A DNA stretch of 64,000 bases from a virus (Duplodnaviria > Caudoviricetes), in the IMG/VR virus record IMGVR_UViG_3300019872_000002, positions 13,186-77,185 of that record, one strand, 5' to 3'. The notes beneath the pieces are model-generated. The model ran no database searches, was not told the DNA's origin, and saw only the letters and a list, made by a program, of their open reading frames with translations. Made by a program: the position numbers and the translations under genes. Positions 50,431 to 57,217 of the stretch are shown piece after piece. Within the stretch, counting starts at the first letter, position 1. The number at the start of each line of letters is the position of its first letter.

Positions 50431-50819
50431 TTGCTATCAATAATTTTATTCAACAATATTTTTTCATTCTTTAGCTCCTCAATCTCTTTTTTTAGAACCA
50501 AATTCTCTCTTGCAGATTTCCTGAGTAGTAATTTCATTTGATTATTATTGGATGCTATTCTGCTAAAATAATCAAAGGATGAATTTAATACCTTCAAACG
50601 CTCATGTTGCTGGGTTGATCTTTCTGTTGGAGGATTTTTTTCTAAGTGAATAAGTAAATCGCTCTCCATTTCTGCAACAACCCCTTTGGCTATCATGATC
50701 TTCATCCAATTATCAACATGATCGTCAAGTTCTGCTAAATAAACCTCAGAAAGCCCTAAGTAATAAATTTCTGTTGGAGTCAGCTTCTGTTCTCTCCATT
50801 CGTCTTGTTCGTGTGCCAT
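50427..50819 (-). CDS. coiled-coil hypothetical protein
   Basis: 130-aa ORF. Confidence 0.6.
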   Translation of the reverse strand: MAHEQDEWREQKLTPTEIYYLGLSEVYLAELDDHVDNWMKIMIAKGVVAEMESDLLIHLEKNPPTERSTQQHERLKVLNSSFDYFSRIASNNNQMKLLLRKSARENLVLKKEIEELKNEKILLNKIIDSK

Positions 50820-50820
50820 A

Positions 50821-51861
50821 TCAAAAAGGAATTTCTGCTCCAGTCATTTCGGATGTTGTAAAATCTATCTCCTGCAATACAGGGATATCTTGCCATTTAT
50901 AGGAGAAATAATTTTCAATGCCAATAGTCTCATAATATCTGCCTTTTCTGAAATCTAATTTTATCTTCCCTTGAATAGCTCCGATCTTACCTACATCTTC
51001 TGGTTTAACTTTATTGATGTATAAATCTACTCCTGTTTTGTTTTTATCCGGCCAGTCAACTGTGATAATTGACTTCCCATTGGCATTCCATGCGCCACCT
51101 CCTTTTATCTCATCAGCGGTAGGTACTTTTCTCTTTGGTGTTTCGCCTTTTCCTAACGCAGGAATGTGTGCCGGTTTCACTGCATGGGCTATAGTATGAA
51201 AATGAACCTGATTATCTTCTGAAAGCTCATTTCTTATACTCAGCATCTCATCTAAATAAGAATCTTCCCGTCCAGAATACAAATGTTTAAAATTCTTCCA
51301 GCTATCAGCAAGTCCTGTGTCAAGCTTATGTCCATCCGGTGTACGAAACTCAATTACCTTCTCCCAAAATGCTAATGGAGTAATCCCTTGCTTGAAATCT
51401 TTCTTTTTAAAAATATAGAAATGCTCAAGTATCCAATTCAAGTGTGTACTAAACTCAGCCTCCGTTATTTTATTCTGGTATTTGTTACTGAAATCTTTAC
51501 CACATCTCATCTTGATTAACTTCTGCATAGTCTCCTTGTCTGAACCTAAATCTGGCACGTATAGGCCGTGTCTCTTGCCGTATCTTTCTGAAAGACCCAT
51601 GAGTACCTCTAAAGCAAAGTAAGTCTTTCCAGAGGCAGGAAAACCTGTCCAATCGGTAACTCCTCCTTGCTTGTGTGTATAGTGTTCATTAAGCGACCTA
51701 AAACACGTTGGTAATCCTGGATATCCATCATGCTCCAAATAATCAGTCATTGGAGCGTAGAAATCATCATATCCTAAAACTTTTATAGAATCAGATGCCT
51801 TTTCTGCTGCTTCTGCCATTATGGATTCCAAACCGCTCCTGTCGGGTTTCTTATTGACCAA
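50821..51861 (-). CDS. SF4 (DnaB/T7 gp4/Twinkle-like) replicative helicase, no primase domain
   Basis: TGFPASGKT Walker A, ADSWK, IAHAVK, IKGGGAW. Confidence 0.8.
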   Translation of the reverse strand: MVNKKPDRSGLESIMAEAAEKASDSIKVLGYDDFYAPMTDYLEHDGYPGLPTCFRSLNEHYTHKQGGVTDWTGFPASGKTYFALEVLMGLSERYGKRHGLYVPDLGSDKETMQKLIKMRCGKDFSNKYQNKITEAEFSTHLNWILEHFYIFKKKDFKQGITPLAFWEKVIEFRTPDGHKLDTGLADSWKNFKHLYSGREDSYLDEMLSIRNELSEDNQVHFHTIAHAVKPAHIPALGKGETPKRKVPTADEIKGGGAWNANGKSIITVDWPDKNKTGVDLYINKVKPEDVGKIGAIQGKIKLDFRKGRYYETIGIENYFSYKWQDIPVLQEIDFTTSEMTGAEIPF

Positions 51862-52130
51862 ATGATATTAGCTATTCCTTTGTCTTTGTCAAAATCCCAC
51901 TCGCCAGTAAGAAATTTATCAACTATCTCAGATACTCTTTCTGCTGTTACATCAGGACATAGTCTTAAAATATGCTTCGACCACGTCTCTATTTGCGATT
52001 CATCTAAAGGATACGATAAAACCATATCTAGCCTCCATACCATTTTAGCTATCTCAAATTCTTTCTCCTTAAGAGCTAAATTTTGCTGCTGTTGTTGCTC
52101 TAATGCTTTGTTTTCCTGTTGGTTTTCCAT
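51819..52130 (-). CDS. hypothetical protein (helicase-loader position)
   Basis: Between initiator and helicase. Confidence 0.55.
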   Translation of the reverse strand: MENQQENKALEQQQQQNLALKEKEFEIAKMVWRLDMVLSYPLDESQIETWSKHILRLCPDVTAERVSEIVDKFLTGEWDFDKDKGIANIIWSIRNPTGAVWNP

Positions 52131-52857
52131 CGTTTTTATTTTTTATTTCTAAAATTATCTCATTGAATTTTGATTCCAACATGGATAAATCTTTATCCTT
52201 ATAAAAATCAGGTAAGTGTAAGCACATGTATTTAAAAGCATTCACTACAGATTCATCAGAGACAGCGCGACCTTCATTTTTTAATAAAGTTTTGAATTTA
52301 CTGATGATTGATATTACTTTTTTCCCAGATGTAGCATTAAAAGTAAATCCAATATGAAATTCTTTAAGCCAAAAATCTATAATCTGTCTATAAGATTCAT
52401 TTTCTGGTTTAGCTGTAGATACATTCTTTGATTTAGAAGATTTTTTTTGTGCAACAGAACCTTCCAAAGGAAGTTCTGTAATAAAAGAATTATCTATTGT
52501 ATTATTAACTGTATTACTATGTATAAAGGAATCTTTAATAGGGTCTTCAACTTTTGTTTTATAGGGTCTTAAAGAAAAGTTTGCGAGGGTCTTTAATATT
52601 CTTTTATTACCTTCTTCTGAATTTATCACACTTGAGATATACCCTTTCCTAACTAAGGAGTTTATCACCTCACTAACTCTCACTTTAGATACTCCAAAAA
52701 AATCAGAAAAATACTCATTGTTTGCAAAACATCCATCTTCATTATCTAGGCTAAATATCTCTACATAGAAAACTTTCTCCTGTAAAGTCATATCCTTACT
52801 TAACCAAACTTCTCTATCTATCCATATACCCTTGAAATCTCTTTTTTGATTTGCCAT
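52069..52857 (-). CDS. phage replication initiator with N-terminal winged HTH
   Basis: FKGIWI..EVW....LQEK...EI.SLD...GCFANNEYFS.FFGVS..RVSEVI.SL..KGYI; internal iterons. Confidence 0.8.
   Translation of the reverse strand: MANQKRDFKGIWIDREVWLSKDMTLQEKVFYVEIFSLDNEDGCFANNEYFSDFFGVSKVRVSEVINSLVRKGYISSVINSEEGNKRILKTLANFSLRPYKTKVEDPIKDSFIHSNTVNNTIDNSFITELPLEGSVAQKKSSKSKNVSTAKPENESYRQIIDFWLKEFHIGFTFNATSGKKVISIISKFKTLLKNEGRAVSDESVVNAFKYMCLHLPDFYKDKDLSMLESKFNEIILEIKNKNDGKPTGKQSIRATTAAKFSS
52540..52593. repeat. three AGGGTCTT direct repeats at a 23-bp period (putative origin iterons)
   Basis: Copies at 52540, 52563 and 52586 inside the initiator gene, next to an AT-rich tract at about 52480-52540. 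Confidence 0.7.
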
Positions 52858-52862
52858 TTTCT

Positions 52863-53075
52863 TTAATTTACTAAAGATTCTATTCTTGTTTCTAATTGGG
52901 TTTCGATAGCAAAAATCATAACCTCGTATCTTGCAATATCATTATGCTTCCCTTGAATTATCGATATCCCCAGTATTTCTGAGAACTGATGATTATAACA
53001 TTCTGATAGCTTTTTTAAAAAGAAATCTCTTAAATATATTAGCGTTTCAATTTTTAATTCGTTTAAATTTTCCAT
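52863..53075 (-). CDS. hypothetical protein
   Basis: 70-aa ORF. Confidence 0.55.
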   Translation of the reverse strand: MENLNELKIETLIYLRDFFLKKLSECYNHQFSEILGISIIQGKHNDIARYEVMIFAIETQLETRIESLVN

Positions 53076-53113
53076 CTGTTATTGTTTTTAAAACCGTTTC
53101 TTGATAAGAAACC

Positions 53114-53275
53114 CTATTTTAGGATTTCCCTAAGCTTTTTCTGTTTATCTTCCGATAGATTCCTAGTGCCCTTTAGACACATGTAAAAATAATTTGGCTG
53201 TACTCCGATCTTCTCGGCAAGGAAGGATTTCTTAAACCCTGACCCTTTTACTTTTTCTCTTAAAATTCCTGTCAT
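53114..53275 (-). CDS. small Cro/XRE-like HTH regulator (53 aa, not in ORF track)
   Basis: KKSFLAEKIGVQPNYFYMCLKGTRNLS helix-turn-helix; promoter 4 nt upstream. Confidence 0.7.
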   Translation of the reverse strand: MTGILREKVKGSGFKKSFLAEKIGVQPNYFYMCLKGTRNLSEDKQKKLREILK

Positions 53276-53279
53276 GAAG

Positions 53280-53310
53280 CAAATGTAGTGTAATTATTTA
53301 TAATCACAAA
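53280..53310 (-). promoter_or_regulatory. Bacteroidota-type promoter for HTH-replication operon
   Basis: TACATTTG with TTTG exactly 19 nt upstream. Confidence 0.75.
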
Positions 53311-53322
53311 TATTTTTCAAAT

Positions 53323-53354
53323 AAAAACCCCGACTATCTCACGACTGCCGGGGT
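53323..53354 (-). terminator. intrinsic terminator
   Basis: ACCCCG/CGGGGT stem followed by T-run. Confidence 0.65.
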
Positions 53355-53375
53355 CAGACTACTGTTTAACGTTTC

Positions 53376-53636
53376 TTAAAATCTGTTTGTGAGGTTTGCA
53401 AAGGTATTCCCTGTATCTGTCATCATGTAGTAAGTTGACTTCTTATACAGCGGTATTATGCGTTCTCCTGCATCGTAAAAGATAAAGGCGTATATTTCAT
53501 CGGAATCGTACCGTGATGCCTCTAAAGCCCTTAAAAACTCTTGTGAATGATGTACGTTGTGTACAAAGTTGTAATCCTGACCAAGACAAGAGTTATTCTC
53601 ATTGCCTTCACTGGTAATTCTTCTTAAAATGAACAT
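53376..53636 (-). CDS. hypothetical protein in its own transcription unit
   Basis: 86-aa ORF; TATCTTTG at 53668-53675 upstream, terminator downstream. Confidence 0.65.
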   Translation of the reverse strand: MFILRRITSEGNENNSCLGQDYNFVHNVHHSQEFLRALEASRYDSDEIYAFIFYDAGERIIPLYKKSTYYMMTDTGNTFANLTNRF

Positions 53637-53691
53637 AATGTATAAATTTATTTATGAATGTATGATTCAAAGATATGTAAAATTACATGAC

Positions 53692-53792
53692 AAAAAAAAG
53701 CCTACCCGAATTAACGAATAGGCTTTAAATCTTGGGCAACAAGCGATATGAGAGTTTTATCAAGCCGAAGTATCTCATATCTACGGCACCAA
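53692..53792 (-). ncRNA. putative ~100-nt small RNA with own promoter and terminator
   Basis: TACATTTG at 53797-53804; hairpin CTTGG/CCAAG plus GATATGAGA/TCTCATATC; 12-bp terminator with T8 at 53692-53726. Confidence 0.5.
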
Positions 53793-53816
53793 GTGACAAA
53801 TGTACAAAAATATCAG

Positions 53817-53888
53817 CGTTCCGAGTAGGGTTCGAACCTACGACCTATCGATTAACAGTCGATTGCACTACCGCTGTGCTACCGGAAC
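53817..53888 (-). tRNA. trnN: tRNA-Asn(GTT)
   Basis: Full cloverleaf: GTTCCGG/TCGGAAC acceptor, ATCGA-CTGTTAA-TCGAT, TTCGAAC T-loop; no encoded CCA. Confidence 0.93.
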
Positions 53889-53891
53889 AAG

Positions 53892-53964
53892 TGTACCCTA
53901 CAGGATTTGAACCTGTGACCGACTCGTTATGAGCGAGCTGCTCTGCCAGCTGAGCTAAGGGTAC
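53892..53964 (-). tRNA. tRNA with CAT anticodon, probably Ile2 (lysidine type) rather than Met
   Basis: GTACCCT/AGGGTAC acceptor with C4:G69 and C5:G68, loop CTCATAA, TTCAAAT T-loop. Confidence 0.85.
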
Positions 53965-53969
53965 GTTTG

Positions 53970-54040
53970 TTTTCCTACATAGATTCGAACTATGATTTTC
54001 AGAACCAAAATCTGACGTGCTACCATTGCACCATAGAAAA
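53970..54040 (-). tRNA. trnQ: tRNA-Gln(TTG)
   Basis: TTTTCTA/TAGGAAA acceptor, TCAGA-TTTTGGT-TCTGA, TTCGAAT. Confidence 0.9.
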
Positions 54041-54046
54041 GTATTG

Positions 54047-54120
54047 TAGCGCAAGCGAGACTCGAACTCGCAACCTCCTGACCCCAAATCAGGTAATCTA
54101 ACCAATTGATATATTGCACT
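54047..54120 (-). tRNA. trnP: tRNA-Pro(TGG)
   Basis: AGTGCAA/TTGCGCT acceptor, CCTGA-TTTGGGG-TCAGG, TTCGAGT. Confidence 0.9.
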
Positions 54121-54125
54121 ATTTG

Positions 54126-54196
54126 CAGGCATAGCTGGATTCGAACCAACACTGTAGCTTTTGGAGGGCTATAGACTACCGTTATCGTATACGCCT
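54126..54196 (-). tRNA. trnW: tRNA-Trp(CCA)
   Basis: AGGCGTA/TATGCCT acceptor, loop CTCCAAA, GTTGG-TTCGAAT-CCAGC. Confidence 0.9.
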
Positions 54197-54201
54197 AAAT
54201 G

Positions 54202-54235
54202 AAAAAAGCCTCTTAGAAATAATCCAAGAGGCTTT
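54202..54235 (-). terminator. intrinsic terminator (attenuator) immediately upstream of the tRNA array
   Basis: 13-bp stem AAAGCCTCTTGGA/TCTAAGAGGCTTT within a T6 run, ending 5 nt before tRNA-Trp. Confidence 0.8.
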
Positions 54236-54254
54236 GATCGTATATTTTTAAAAT

Positions 54255-54323
54255 CTACATACCAGTTCCCCCTAGAATACTATTCCAGTTATTGGGTTGC
54301 TGTTGTATATTTATTGTTCTCAT
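54255..54323 (-). CDS. 22-aa leader peptide MRTINIQQQPNNWNSILGGTGM (putative attenuator sensor)
   Basis: ATG 4 nt after a TATGTTTG -7 box; codons 4-14 use only amino acids of the downstream tRNAs. Confidence 0.75.
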   Translation of the reverse strand: MRTINIQQQPNNWNSILGGTGM

Positions 54324-54327
54324 GTCA

Positions 54328-54335
54328 CAAACATA
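54328..54335 (-). promoter_or_regulatory. -7 promoter element for leader/tRNA operon
   Basis: TATGTTTG; no canonical -33 at the usual spacing. Confidence 0.6.
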
Positions 54336-54376
54336 GAGTAAAAATTCACAATTTTATAATATTATTGTGAAATAAT

Positions 54377-54405
54377 AAAAAAGCCCCACCGTTAAGTGAG
54401 GCTTT
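54377..54405 (-). terminator. intrinsic terminator insulating the tRNA operon from upstream transcription
   Basis: AAAGCCTCAC/GTGGGGCTTT stem plus T-run on - strand. Confidence 0.7.
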
Positions 54406-54462
54406 AGTTCCCTGAGACATTTTCTCATTCAAGGGATCATCTGTCATTTAAAATTGTATATC

Positions 54463-55044
54463 TTAAGCGTCCACTGGCTCACCAGCTTCTTTTTCTTTTA
54501 ATGCTTCAACCTCAGCTTTGCTAAGTGTTGCTCCGGCCATCCATTCTTTAGTCAACACCTGCAGATCGTTGCACATTTCTTCCAGATTGACTACCAGAGG
54601 GAATTTGTTCTCTGCGTGACGATCTAACGCGATAACAGGAGTCTCAAACTTAACCTTGAAAGGCTTGCCGAACTCTTCAATCAGCTTGTAACCATATAAT
54701 TTTACGCTTTCTACGTTTGCATTACCGCCAAACACGGCTTTCGTTACGTTTACTCCATCAAATCGCTCATCTTCGTTGTATTCAAACTCACGGAAGTATT
54801 TGTCGTAGTCCATATTCTCATCCAGATCAATCGAATGGCCGACAAGGGTAGTTCCGTACATCAGCATCGGTATTAAACGATCCCAAGCATCCGAAAGCTG
54901 CTTATTGATCGGCTGGTCGGACTTCTTTGAATGCTCTGCATTGAACATCTGTCTTTCTTTGTTCTGTTCTACAGCGGAATAAGTTACCTTAACATACTGT
55001 TTCTTGCTTTTTACTGTTACCTCTAACGATTTGTAATTCAACAT
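54463..55044 (-). CDS. hypothetical protein
   Basis: 193-aa ORF. Confidence 0.7.
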   Translation of the reverse strand: MLNYKSLEVTVKSKKQYVKVTYSAVEQNKERQMFNAEHSKKSDQPINKQLSDAWDRLIPMLMYGTTLVGHSIDLDENMDYDKYFREFEYNEDERFDGVNVTKAVFGGNANVESVKLYGYKLIEEFGKPFKVKFETPVIALDRHAENKFPLVVNLEEMCNDLQVLTKEWMAGATLSKAEVEALKEKEAGEPVDA

Positions 55045-55079
55045 AATTTTTGCTTTTAATGTGTGATCAAATTTAATTA

Positions 55080-55550
55080 TTATTTTGTGTTATTTTTATT
55101 TCTTTTGCTTTTTTCCGGATCAGGTTCCGGTAAGTCTATTCCTAAGAATTGGCCTGCCCACATCCTTATTTTTTCTGTGTATTCATTGAATTGTATTGTT
55201 GTCAAATCAGCCGTACTCATGACTTTGGTCATTACTTCTCCGGTTTCTGGATCAGCAACAAGACCACCGTCCTTATCCTTTATCTCAGTCTTTAAATACT
55301 TCTTGGCCATTTGATCTTTAACATCTAGCATTTCCATCCCTGTCTCTTCGGCTATAATACTCATATACCAATGCAAGGTGCTGTTCTGATCTACGCTTCT
55401 TTTAGTGTAGTAGGTCTCATAAGTAACCAGCACCCGTACTGACTTACCAAAGTCCTGTAGATTTTGCTTTACAACGCCTCTATTGAGGTGAACTAGCTTC
55501 GGATTGTTTGGATCGCTTAAATCCAGGTCGGCTATTGAGGTGCGTTTCAT
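55080..55550 (-). CDS. NinB/Orf-like recombination mediator
   Basis: RSVDQN..LHW....IAEETG...KDQM...STADL...FNEY.EKI..WA. Confidence 0.7.
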   Translation of the reverse strand: MKRTSIADLDLSDPNNPKLVHLNRGVVKQNLQDFGKSVRVLVTYETYYTKRSVDQNSTLHWYMSIIAEETGMEMLDVKDQMAKKYLKTEIKDKDGGLVADPETGEVMTKVMSTADLTTIQFNEYTEKIRMWAGQFLGIDLPEPDPEKSKRNKNNTK

Positions 55551-55825
55551 AATAGTTTTCGTTTTTTAGCTAACCAATTATCAAGTAATTTTTCATTTAC
55601 TAATTTATCCCCAGTTTCCAATATATAGTTGTCAATACAAATTTTAGCAAAATGTTTATTCAATGAATCCATCATGTCAAACATTTCAACTATACTAAAA
55701 TCATTTGACCCAACTACATCCATGTGCTTATCTGTCGAGTCTGGTGTAAGGGTTATTACACACTTCCTAATTTTTCTTTTACCAAATTCAGGTTTTATTC
55801 CAAAACCAGTGCCTATTCTTGCCAT
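55547..55825 (-). CDS. hypothetical protein
   Basis: 92-aa ORF. Confidence 0.6.
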   Translation of the reverse strand: MARIGTGFGIKPEFGKRKIRKCVITLTPDSTDKHMDVVGSNDFSIVEMFDMMDSLNKHFAKICIDNYILETGDKLVNEKLLDNWLAKKRKLL

Positions 55826-55826
55826 C

Positions 55827-56045
55827 CTACTTAACTTTTAAAGTGAACAATATACCCAGCAACTCCAACGTGAAGAAGCTCTTGTCAAAACCTACCGAAG
55901 TCAAACTCAGATCATCGTACTCCTCCGCTATATCTGCCTCCAGTTCAACTAACTCTTTCTTACTGATCTCTACAGTCACATACTTGTTCCCGGAGAACTC
56001 AAGCAGCTTGTTCGCTACTCTTTCAATGTTGTCTAAAATTCTCAT
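55827..56045 (-). CDS. hypothetical protein
   Basis: 72-aa ORF, tight junctions. Confidence 0.55.
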   Translation of the reverse strand: MRILDNIERVANKLLEFSGNKYVTVEISKKELVELEADIAEEYDDLSLTSVGFDKSFFTLELLGILFTLKVK

Positions 56046-56046
56046 G

Positions 56047-56367
56047 CTATTTGGTTTTAGGTGGTTCTGGAATCATTTTAATGCAGTAGTGAGTGAAATT
56101 TCTACCGAGTACTTTTCTAAGCGTTTCATGGCACCAAATGTTAGCAACTCCATTCCAGTACGCACAATCAACACCTTGTCCATCATCACACCACAAGTAT
56201 ACCATTAACGAATTTGATGGCCAGTTTACAAAAGGTATCAATGGTTCCCATTTAGGCTTGAACTGTTCTGCATAATCTTGCATCATTCTGATAATAATAC
56301 TCTCTACATTCTTGCCCCCAAAATATTGGTGACCATTTTCCTCTATTATTTCTTCTGCTGTTTTCAT
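56047..56367 (-). CDS. hypothetical protein (DUF551-like C-terminus)
   Basis: MKTAEE...MQDYAEQF...FTHYCIKMIPEPP. Confidence 0.6.
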   Translation of the reverse strand: MKTAEEIIEENGHQYFGGKNVESIIIRMMQDYAEQFKPKWEPLIPFVNWPSNSLMVYLWCDDGQGVDCAYWNGVANIWCHETLRKVLGRNFTHYCIKMIPEPPKTK

Positions 56368-56368
56368 T

Positions 56369-56569
56369 TTATTGTATTTTAAAATTTGAAACTTCAATCC
56401 ATTTTGGAAGGTTATCTGGAAGAGTATCTACTTCCATAAAAATGCAATCCGCTATTGGCACACCTTCATAGCCAAAAACTTTACACCCTAACGATTCGAC
56501 ATCCTTTTGCGGGTGAGTCCTAACACCTGCATTATACGCTCCGATTAAATCATATCTGATAGTTATCAT
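56369..56569 (-). CDS. hypothetical protein
   Basis: 66-aa ORF. Confidence 0.55.
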   Translation of the reverse strand: MITIRYDLIGAYNAGVRTHPQKDVESLGCKVFGYEGVPIADCIFMEVDTLPDNLPKWIEVSNFKIQ

Positions 56570-56571
56570 AA

Positions 56572-57084
56572 TTATTTCTTTCCTTTTTTTGTTATTTGAA
56601 AATCCTTCCCATTCGGGATAACCCTAAAATTTGTCTCACTGCTTGCGAACTGAATGTTCATCATGATCTCATTAACCCTGTCCTTATCCGTGCCTCCCCA
56701 ATAATAATTAGGGTTCACCTGATAAACACTCTTACTAACCGGAATAAGAAGCCCTGAGACCTTTAAATCATGAAAGGCAGTATTTACACTGGAATCCTTA
56801 TAGACCCTATTCTCACCATCTATAACAAGCGAGGATACGAAGTCTATAAACAGCTTCCGGTTATACGCCTCATTCCTGATCATATTCCTACTATCCATCT
56901 CCTCACTGATCCAATCCATCAGTATCCTTTGCAGCTTGCTCAACCCAAGGATAAGGTATAAACAGTTATGGAACCGCTTAGTACCCGTCATCATTATCTC
57001 AACATCCTTAATCGTAGGCTTTAAAACCCCTTCCTCAAGATGATGCCCATCAATGTAACTCAATTTCTTACTCTTTCTTTCCAT
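56572..57084 (-). CDS. RepL-like winged-helix protein
   Basis: SVNTAFHDLKVSGLLIPVSKSVYQVNPNYYWGG resembles the RepL-family HTH/wing; start placed at MERKSKK. Confidence 0.55.
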   Translation of the reverse strand: MERKSKKLSYIDGHHLEEGVLKPTIKDVEIMMTGTKRFHNCLYLILGLSKLQRILMDWISEEMDSRNMIRNEAYNRKLFIDFVSSLVIDGENRVYKDSSVNTAFHDLKVSGLLIPVSKSVYQVNPNYYWGGTDKDRVNEIMMNIQFASSETNFRVIPNGKDFQITKKGKK

Positions 57085-57175
57085 TATACTCCGTTTTTGA
57101 ATACTAATAATACTATTATAAACCAAATCTAAATATTTTATAAATAACATCACTAATATTATTTTCAATTTCCGT

Positions 57176-57217
57176 AATACTCACTACCAGTATCAGCTAA
57201 TACTGACCACCAGTATT
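57176..57217. promoter_or_regulatory. tandem palindromic operator pair AATACT-N7-AGTAT(C/T)
   Basis: 19-bp units at 57176-57194 and 57199-57217, just downstream of a TATTTTTG -7 box (57226-57233, - strand). Confidence 0.55.

Noticed and set aside
10690-52152. Plus-strand ORFs antisense to the structural and replication genes (e.g. 15066-15347, 21574-21963, 24556-24963, 44838-45167)
   Set aside because: Shadow frames of long minus-strand genes with S/L/F-rich, motif-less translations
53732-54152. Track ORFs 53732-53932, 53845-54132 and 53955-54152
   Set aside because: They overlap tRNA genes and are incidental open frames
53800-54200. HDV-like (theta) ribozymes flanking tRNAs
   Set aside because: Spacers are only 3-6 nt, and I could not build the nested double pseudoknot from the downstream sequence
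54202-54335. T-box riboswitch controlling the tRNA array
   Set aside because: No T-box consensus (GGTGGNACCGCG) or stem I; the region is short and contains a translatable leader instead
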